From positions 1 to 13,498 of the forward strand of contig JBEQAY010000028.1 in the NCBI GenBank assembly GCA_041640075.1: 13,498 nucleotides of DNA, written 5' to 3'. The position numbers and the translations under genes were made by a program. This stretch comes from Candidatus Nanohaloarchaea archaeon (lineage in GTDB: Archaea; Nanohalarchaeota; Nanosalinia; Nanosalinales; Nanosalinaceae). Shown in pieces: positions 8,069 through 13,498 of this stretch; within the stretch, counting starts at the first letter, position 1; each line of letters begins with the position of its first letter. The notes beneath the pieces are model-generated. The model made no database searches, was not told the origin of the DNA, and saw only the letters and a program-made list of their open reading frames with translations.

Positions 8069-8932
8069 ATGCCAGAAGAAGATTCTGAAGAAGGAGATGT
8101 TGAAGAATCTCCTGAAGACGAACCAGATCAGAAAGAAGATAAAGAAAATAGAACCACTTCTAACCCAAAAAATGATAGCAAGCAATCATCAGGTTCAGGA
8201 TCAATACAGCTGACCGTGAGATCGGTTATGGCTGGAGTATTTGTCCTCGGGCTTGCAATAGGTTTCTCTGGAGGAGTACTGACCTCACAGGGAACTTTCA
8301 GCCTTGGAAACGAAGCTGCACCATCACAGCCATCCGGAAACAACGATCAAGGCAACCAAGACAGTGGAGAGACTGAGACGATCGACATGAGTGAGATAGA
8401 GATGGAAGGAGAGCCTGTTCTTGGAGATGAAAACGCCGAGGTCACGATGGTAGTCTATGAAGACTTCCAGTGTCCTTTCTGCAAGAGATTCGAGGAAGGT
8501 GCTTTCCAGCAGATCAAGTCAAATTACATCGACTCCGGTCAGGTTAAGGCCGTGTGGAAGGATCGTCCTCTGCCACAACTACATCCTTGGGCTGAACCAG
8601 GCGCAGCAGCAATGGAATGCGTCTACAGAGAAGGAGGAAACGAAGCGTTCTGGAACGTTAAAGACCAGGTATTTGCCAACCAGGACAGTATATCAACTTC
8701 GAACGTTGAATCACAGATCAAATCATTCGCTGCAGACGAAGGAGTATCCGAATCAGCAGTACAGAGCTGCCTAGACAACGATAATCCTATGGAAGAAGTC
8801 AACGCAGACTCAACAGAAGGTCAGAACCTTGGAGCAAGCGGTACCCCGACAGTCTTCATCAACGGAGAGAAGATTGTTGGAGCACAGCCTTACAGCAACT
8901 TTGAATCAGTCATCGAGAACGCTCTAAGCTAA
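8069..8932 (+). CDS. Membrane-anchored DsbA-family thiol-disulfide oxidoreductase
   Basis: Acidic N-tail, TM segment (VMAGVFVLGLAIGFSGGVL), PVLGDENAEVTMVVYEDFQCPFC active site, PLPQLHPWA, cis-Pro loop GTPTVFING, GAQPY. Confidence 0.92.
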   Translation: MPEEDSEEGDVEESPEDEPDQKEDKENRTTSNPKNDSKQSSGSGSIQLTVRSVMAGVFVLGLAIGFSGGVLTSQGTFSLGNEAAPSQPSGNNDQGNQDSGETETIDMSEIEMEGEPVLGDENAEVTMVVYEDFQCPFCKRFEEGAFQQIKSNYIDSGQVKAVWKDRPLPQLHPWAEPGAAAMECVYREGGNEAFWNVKDQVFANQDSISTSNVESQIKSFAADEGVSESAVQSCLDNDNPMEEVNADSTEGQNLGASGTPTVFINGEKIVGAQPYSNFESVIENALS

Positions 8933-8989
8933 AATTACGCTCTCTTATACATTTCTCCCTCTTTTTTCTTCTCCAAAATTAAGAAGTCC

Positions 8990-9874
8990 CTATTTCTGTG
9001 TGGTGATTATCTTACCTTCGTCAGTCAAGACAACAGTGTGCTCTGCCTGCACCACTGTACCATCGCCGTATTCATTGAGTACAGGGTAGGAATGCACTAT
9101 CTCTCCCTGAACCAGTTTCTTCATCGCCATCTTTTCTCTGGCACCGAAGTCATCGAACCATCTAGTTGTAAACGGAAGACCGTTAAACTCTCTGATCTTG
9201 GACATTAACTTCCGTTCAGCCTTACCTCTAACATTTGTATCACGCTCTAGTTTGTATATATTACCATCTGCACCGTTCTTCACTTTTCCAGATCCATCTG
9301 TCAGGAAAGGCTCGATAGCAAACGCGTCACCGACCTCAAATTCGTGGTCGGAGTTATTAGAGTAGTTAGGTATCGAGACACCGGCATGCTGAGTGTACTT
9401 CCCAAGGTAATGACCTGTCAGGTTGCGGATCACTTCATACTCTTCCGGCACCTGTTCATCTATATAGTCCCCAAGTTCTCCGACAATTACTCCCGGTTCA
9501 ATGAAATCCAGTGCCTCTTCAAGTACTTTTTCAACCGTTTCAATCATCTCATCTCTTTTCCCAGATGGATTAACCGTCAAAGCCGTATCAGCTATGTAAC
9601 CTTCTGAGTGAGCACCTATATCTATCTTCACAACATCATCTGCCTTCACCTCTCGTTTTTCGGATCTTGGAGGTGTGTAATGAGCAGCTGTCTCGTTAAT
9701 CGAGACGTTTACAGGGAATGCTGGTTCAAGTCCTTCTTCACGGATTAAGCCTTCAACCTCCTCAGCTATTACTTTTAGATTAACGCCAGGCTCTGTTACC
9801 TCACGCGCCTTATCCCTAGCTTTCTGTATAACCTCTCCTGCTCTGATATAGTGCTCTTTGACTTCCTGATCCAT
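8990..9874 (-). CDS. map: Methionine aminopeptidase type II
   Basis: AFPVNVSINETAAHYTP, metal ligands KIDIGAH..GYIADTA, NLTGH, IEPF, QAEHTV. Type II helical insert present. Confidence 0.97.
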   Translation of the reverse strand: MDQEVKEHYIRAGEVIQKARDKAREVTEPGVNLKVIAEEVEGLIREEGLEPAFPVNVSINETAAHYTPPRSEKREVKADDVVKIDIGAHSEGYIADTALTVNPSGKRDEMIETVEKVLEEALDFIEPGVIVGELGDYIDEQVPEEYEVIRNLTGHYLGKYTQHAGVSIPNYSNNSDHEFEVGDAFAIEPFLTDGSGKVKNGADGNIYKLERDTNVRGKAERKLMSKIREFNGLPFTTRWFDDFGAREKMAMKKLVQGEIVHSYPVLNEYGDGTVVQAEHTVVLTDEGKIITTQK

Positions 9875-9904
9875 AGAGGAAATATGAAAGTGAAAAGTGA
9901 AAAA

Positions 9905-11071
9905 CTATTCCCTCTCGACTCTAGCAACACCTGATTCTTTTGCCGCATCCCTAACTTTCTCGGCAATCTTCATCGCCAGTTCCTTATCCAATGTATCAGG
10001 AACAATTTTATCCTTCTCAGGCTCTATAAACTCCCTAATTGCTTCAGAAGCTGCTATCTTCATCTTTTCATTTATATCTGATGCGCGGACATCAAGCGCT
10101 GCTCTGAAAACACCTGGAAAAGCCAGAGAATTGTTTACCTGGTTGTCAAAGTCGCTTCTACCTGTAGCTGTGATAAAAGCACCACCAGCTTTCGCATCCT
10201 CAGGTAAGATCTCTGGTTCTGGGTTGGCTAAGGCGAAGACAATCGGGTTCTCTGCCATAGATTCTACCATCTCTGTCGAGACGATACCCGGAGCTGAAAG
10301 CCCGATAAATACGTCTGCATCCTCCATGGCATCTTCAAGATCACCTTCCTCTTCTGATGCAAGTGTTTTTTCAGCAAGTTGTGCTTTGTAACGATTGTCG
10401 TCATCTGTTCTCAGTATTCCTGATGAGTCTACTGGTACAATGTTTTCTGCTCCTGCGTCGAGAAGGAACTTTGCGACTGCTATTCCAGAGGCTCCAGCAC
10501 CTGAGATAGCGATCCTGACATCTTCAAGATCTTTCTCAGCGAGTTCAAGAGCGTTCTGCAGAGCAGCCCCTACTACAATCGCTGTTCCATGCTGATCATC
10601 ATGGAAGACAGGGATATCCAGCGACTTCTTCAACGTTTCCTCAACCCTGAAGCATCTAGGAGCCTTGATATCCTCCAGGTTAATGGCCCCAAAAGTCGGC
10701 TCCAGTGCCTCAACCTGCTCCACAATATCTCCGGAAGTCTCGGAGTCAAGACAGACAGGGAATCCGTCTACACCACCAAATTTTTTCATCAGGTTGGCTT
10801 TACCCTCCATAACAGGCATACTTGCTTCCGGACCAATATCACCAAGTCCAAGGACTGCACTGCCATCAGAAACTACTGCAACCATGTTTCCTTTTGAAGT
10901 ATAGTTATAGGACTCCTCCTTATCATCACTGATTTCTTTACACGGCTCTGCAACACCTGGAGTGTACACAAGCTCCAGATCGTCCGTACCGTTTATTTCA
11001 ACGCTGGGGTCGACAGTTATTTTTCCAGGATTTCTTCTGTGAAGTTCCAGGGCCTCTTCTTTGTTAACCAT
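9905..11071 (-). CDS. NAD(P)-dependent malic enzyme (short form, no phosphotransacetylase-like domain)
   Basis: YTPGVAEPC, DGSAVLGLGDIGPEASMPVMEGKA, INLEDI, FHDDQHGT, GAGASG, ALANPEPE, TGRSDFDNQVNNSLAFPG. Confidence 0.96.
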   Translation of the reverse strand: MVNKEEALELHRRNPGKITVDPSVEINGTDDLELVYTPGVAEPCKEISDDKEESYNYTSKGNMVAVVSDGSAVLGLGDIGPEASMPVMEGKANLMKKFGGVDGFPVCLDSETSGDIVEQVEALEPTFGAINLEDIKAPRCFRVEETLKKSLDIPVFHDDQHGTAIVVGAALQNALELAEKDLEDVRIAISGAGASGIAVAKFLLDAGAENIVPVDSSGILRTDDDNRYKAQLAEKTLASEEEGDLEDAMEDADVFIGLSAPGIVSTEMVESMAENPIVFALANPEPEILPEDAKAGGAFITATGRSDFDNQVNNSLAFPGVFRAALDVRASDINEKMKIAASEAIREFIEPEKDKIVPDTLDKELAMKIAEKVRDAAKESGVARVERE

Positions 11072-11144
11072 AGTATCAAACTGTACCTGACATTTGTAAA
11101 ATTCCCTGCCCGGCTACATCCTACCTTTTCCGAAACAACACACC

Positions 11145-11162
11145 ATTAAACAAAATTAAACA
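11145..11162 (+). promoter_or_regulatory. Tandem ATTAAACA direct repeat at 10-bp spacing; candidate regulator-binding site
   Basis: ATTAAACA at 11145-11152 and 11155-11162. The same 8-mer recurs at 12601-12608. Confidence 0.5.
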
Positions 11163-11231
11163 GATTTACGGACTATACAGCCTTTCTACGTGGTTTTCCT
11201 AGGGCTGAATTAACGGTGGTTTACTCCTGCC

Positions 11232-11240
11232 TTTTATATT
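11232..11240 (+). promoter_or_regulatory. TATA box for the DUF5667-like gene
   Basis: TTTTATATT lies 23-31 bp upstream of ATG 11263, the spacing expected for a leaderless or short-leader archaeal transcript. Confidence 0.55.
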
Positions 11241-11262
11241 CTTGACACAATGCCAACTACCT

Positions 11263-12144
11263 ATGAAAAAGAAAAATTTGATGCTCCTAGGACTCGTGGT
11301 CCTCCTATCAACCTCGGCCATGGCTCAGACAGTTGAGAAAAACACATCTAGTACAGGAGTAAAGCCTGGAATAATGCCCGGAAATCCACTATACGTCGTG
11401 GAAAGTTTTGTGGAGAATATAGAAGTAAAGATAGCAGGGATGATAGGAGGTCCAGAAATGAAATCTAAAGCTATAGCCAACAACGCAGAGGAACGTCTAG
11501 CAGAAGCAAGATATCTTGCAGACCAAAACAAAACAGAAAAAGCAGCAAAAGCCATGCAAAGATACTCTCAAGGCTTAAACCACTCAAGAGACATAGCAAG
11601 AGGGCTTGAAGATACTAATCTGGGGCAAAAGATAGAAAATGTTTCAAATAGAAACAAGCAGACTCTCGAAGAGGTAAAGAAAAAGGTTCCCGAACAGGCA
11701 AAGAAAGGGATAGAGAGAGCACGTAATAAAACAGATAACCAGAAACCTGACATACCGGATAAGGCAAGAGAAAGATCTGAAAACCCTGGAAAAGCAGAAA
11801 ATACAGGTTTGAACAGCTCAAAACCTGAGGAAAGTACCCCTGGAGGAATTGAGGTAAATGATTCAGAAGCGAAGCCAGCAAAAATAGGTAAATCCAGAGA
11901 AAACCTGACATCAGGAAAAAATATCTCTAATAGTCCTGATATAGAGAATAAAACCATAAATAAGGACGATAATGACGAGCTTAACACATCCAGGGAAGTA
12001 GATCCTGAAACAGGAGGTCAGAGCACTGATACAAAGGAAAGTAGAGAGAAGACTTCTGATAGAGATGAGGAAAGCTCTGTTGATCCGTCAGAGAGTACAT
12101 CCGAGGACGACTCAAAAGTTCCTGGTTCAGGGCTTGTCCAGTAG
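11263..12144 (+). CDS. Secreted DUF5667-like protein with low-complexity tail, putative glycoprotein
   Basis: Sec signal MKKKNLMLLGLVVLLSTSAMA|Q (ATG 11263 preferred to TTG 11242). PGIMPGNPLY..ESFVE...AEERLAEA matches the DUF5667 pattern as I recall it. Eleven N-x-S/T sequons. Confidence 0.75.
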   Translation: MKKKNLMLLGLVVLLSTSAMAQTVEKNTSSTGVKPGIMPGNPLYVVESFVENIEVKIAGMIGGPEMKSKAIANNAEERLAEARYLADQNKTEKAAKAMQRYSQGLNHSRDIARGLEDTNLGQKIENVSNRNKQTLEEVKKKVPEQAKKGIERARNKTDNQKPDIPDKARERSENPGKAENTGLNSSKPEESTPGGIEVNDSEAKPAKIGKSRENLTSGKNISNSPDIENKTINKDDNDELNTSREVDPETGGQSTDTKESREKTSDRDEESSVDPSESTSEDDSKVPGSGLVQ

Positions 12145-12183
12145 GTCCTGTCTTCTTTTATCTCTGGAGGATGAACTTGATCC

Positions 12184-12564
12184 ATGAGTGTTGCGTTCCC
12201 TGAAGCCGAGTTTGAAGTCCTGATTTACATGCTTCTGGGAGCTTTCATAGCGTTAACTGTTGCCAGCGGGTTCTACATCTGGAAACTTCAGAAGATACTG
12301 AAGGAACAGAAACAGGATGACGAAGATAACAATCTGCGGACAGATAATATAGGGCTCTCAAGGCGAGCTGAGGAGATAATTAACAACGTCATGGAAGAAC
12401 CTAAACTTCAAAGCGAGCTACCGGACGAGATAGATGTTTCTAAGGCAACCGTAAGTAATGCTGTGGGAGAACTCTTTGAGAGAAATCTTGTCATCAAAAA
12501 GAAGAAAGCGAATACCTATCTCATCGAGCCTAATCTCGAGGAACTCGAGAAACAGCAAAGGTAA
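12184..12564 (+). CDS. Membrane-anchored winged-helix (MarR/TrmB-like HTH) transcriptional regulator
   Basis: One TM segment (VLIYMLLGAFIALTVASGFYIW), then LSRRAEEIINNV...QSELPDEIDVSKATVSNAVGELFERNLVIKKKKANTYLI wHTH pattern. Confidence 0.85.
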   Translation: MSVAFPEAEFEVLIYMLLGAFIALTVASGFYIWKLQKILKEQKQDDEDNNLRTDNIGLSRRAEEIINNVMEEPKLQSELPDEIDVSKATVSNAVGELFERNLVIKKKKANTYLIEPNLEELEKQQR

Positions 12565-12628
12565 ACGCAACTGAACTGGAAAAACCCTTTGTTAAACGCT
12601 ATTAAACAGGTTTTGAACGTTTCTAAAC
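12562..12628 (+). repeat. Helically phased T(A/G)AAC array upstream of the secreted-protein gene
   Basis: TAAAC 12562, TGAAC 12572, AAAAC 12581, TAAAC 12593, TAAAC 12603, TGAAC 12614, TAAAC 12624; spacings 10, 9, 12, 10, 11, 10. Confidence 0.6.
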
Positions 12629-12687
12629 AACTGTTTCTGGAAACCCCTCTTAAACCTCGGCGAGGTATTCCAGCGTGGTGAAATCAA

Positions 12688-13498
12688 ATGAAATACGACA
12701 AGTACTTTACGGCAACACTTGCAGCATTCATGCTGCTTGGATTCACGGCACCAGCCGCAGCACAATCTGCGCAAGCCGATACACAGGTTCAAACGGAGGC
12801 GCAAGCATCCGCACAGTCTCAAGGAGTTTTCAACGCGATAGCAAAGGTGCAGGCACAGCTCAAAGACATTCAGCAGAGACTTACAGCACTTGAAGAAAAA
12901 GTAAATGCAAGTGCAGAAGCAACAGGTAACTCAGATGCAGAAGTAGAGACACAGACCGAACCTCAGGCAGAATCAGAAAACAGTCAGAGACAGGGTCCGC
13001 CTGAAACACCAAGTAACAGCGAGAGAGACAACCTGGGCTCACAGGTTTCCGCAGAAGCACGTGCAGGAGACAAGGCAGGTATCATGGCCTCAATCTCTAC
13101 ATGGCTTGCTAACCGAGGAAACAACCAGGCAGCAGAAGCATTAAACAGGTCCGACGATCAGGAAAGTGAAGATGACAGAGAAGTAGAGAAACAGATCGAC
13201 GTCAATGTAAGCGGAGAAATCGAATCAGGTAACAACGTCACTGTCAAGGCAACAGTTGACGGAGAACCTGTAGCAAACACCTCAGTCATGGTTAACGGAG
13301 AAACAGTAGGTAAAACCGGTTCAGATGGACAGATCGTCGTATACGTCCCAGAGGGCGATGAGTTCGAAGTCGAAATCGAGACAGAGAACGCTGAAGGCGA
13401 GCTAGAAATCGAACTTGACTCAGAAGAAGTAGAAACTCAAGCAGACGCTGAAATCGAATCCGAAACAGAGTCAGAAACCGAAGCAGAATCCTCAGGAA
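12688..13498 (+). CDS. Secreted acidic protein with coiled coil and Ig-like domain (3'-truncated; absent from ORF track)
   Basis: ATG 12688 follows a GGTGA SD (12677-12681) and the frame is open to the window end. Signal peptide MKYDKYFTATLAAFMLLGFTAPAAA|Q; heptads IAKVQAQLKDIQQRLTALEEKV; beta domain IDVNVSGEIESGNNVTVKATVDGEPVANTSVMVNGETVGKTGSDGQI. Confidence 0.88.
   Translation, partial: MKYDKYFTATLAAFMLLGFTAPAAAQSAQADTQVQTEAQASAQSQGVFNAIAKVQAQLKDIQQRLTALEEKVNASAEATGNSDAEVETQTEPQAESENSQRQGPPETPSNSERDNLGSQVSAEARAGDKAGIMASISTWLANRGNNQAAEALNRSDDQESEDDREVEKQIDVNVSGEIESGNNVTVKATVDGEPVANTSVMVNGETVGKTGSDGQIVVYVPEGDEFEVEIETENAEGELEIELDSEEVETQADAEIESETESETEAESSG

Noticed and set aside
5649..8185. 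Multiple antisense ORFs over cdc48 (e.g. 5935-6456, 7141-7734, 7305-7763, 7751-8185)
   Set aside because: Shadow ORFs opposite a highly conserved gene, with no recognisable motifs and Ser/Phe-rich composition unlike the acidic proteome.
9884..9904. TTTCA-like triple repeat (minus strand) between the malic enzyme and map genes
   Set aside because: Low-complexity T-rich spacer, adequately explained as terminator or promoter sequence.
9897..10904. Plus-strand ORFs over the malic enzyme gene
   Set aside because: Antisense mirror frames with no independent support.
11325..11987. Hydrophobic minus-strand ORFs over the DUF5667-like gene
   Set aside because: The Phe/Leu/Ser richness simply mirrors the A-rich sense strand.
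12562..12660. Possible CRISPR array or replication origin at the phased repeats
   Set aside because: Units are 5-8 bp at about 10-bp spacing, far too short for CRISPR repeats/spacers. No ORB-like G-string or cdc6/orc1 gene is in the window.
12592..12893. Track ORFs 12675-12893 (+) and 12592-12822 (-)
   Set aside because: Both overlap the better-supported ORF from 12688, which has an SD, a signal peptide and an open frame to the window end.
13420..13498. GAAxxx quasi-repeats at the window end
   Set aside because: They reflect Glu-alternating low-complexity protein sequence, not a DNA repeat element.

Overview
Archaeal chromosomal window of moderate GC with a strongly Glu/Asp-rich proteome. 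It carries archaeal RadB, type II Map and Cdc48, and most gene starts have a TATA-like box about 25-30 bp upstream. This is most consistent with a halophilic DPANN archaeon such as Nanohaloarchaeota (inference). Gene order: 3' end of topA; a post-chorismate Phe/Tyr cluster (chorismate mutase, pheA, PLP aminotransferase, tyrA) interrupted by an antisense pterin-4a-carbinolamine dehydratase; radB; a membrane-anchored hypothetical; a small Cas2/VapD-like protein coupled to cdc48 behind a perfect 22-bp palindrome; a DsbA-family protein; map; a short malic enzyme. The right end holds a three-gene module: a DUF5667-like secreted glycoprotein, a single-TM winged-helix regulator, and a secreted coiled-coil/Ig-like protein missing from the ORF track. 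Its intergenic regions carry helically phased T(A/G)AAC repeats. Best candidates for undescribed biology are this ToxR/ToxS-like envelope regulatory module, the Cas2-like/cdc48 operon sharing the TAAAC half-site, and a 47-bp exact repeat between the D1 and D2 Walker A regions of cdc48. No rRNA, tRNA, CRISPR array or mobile element was recognised.
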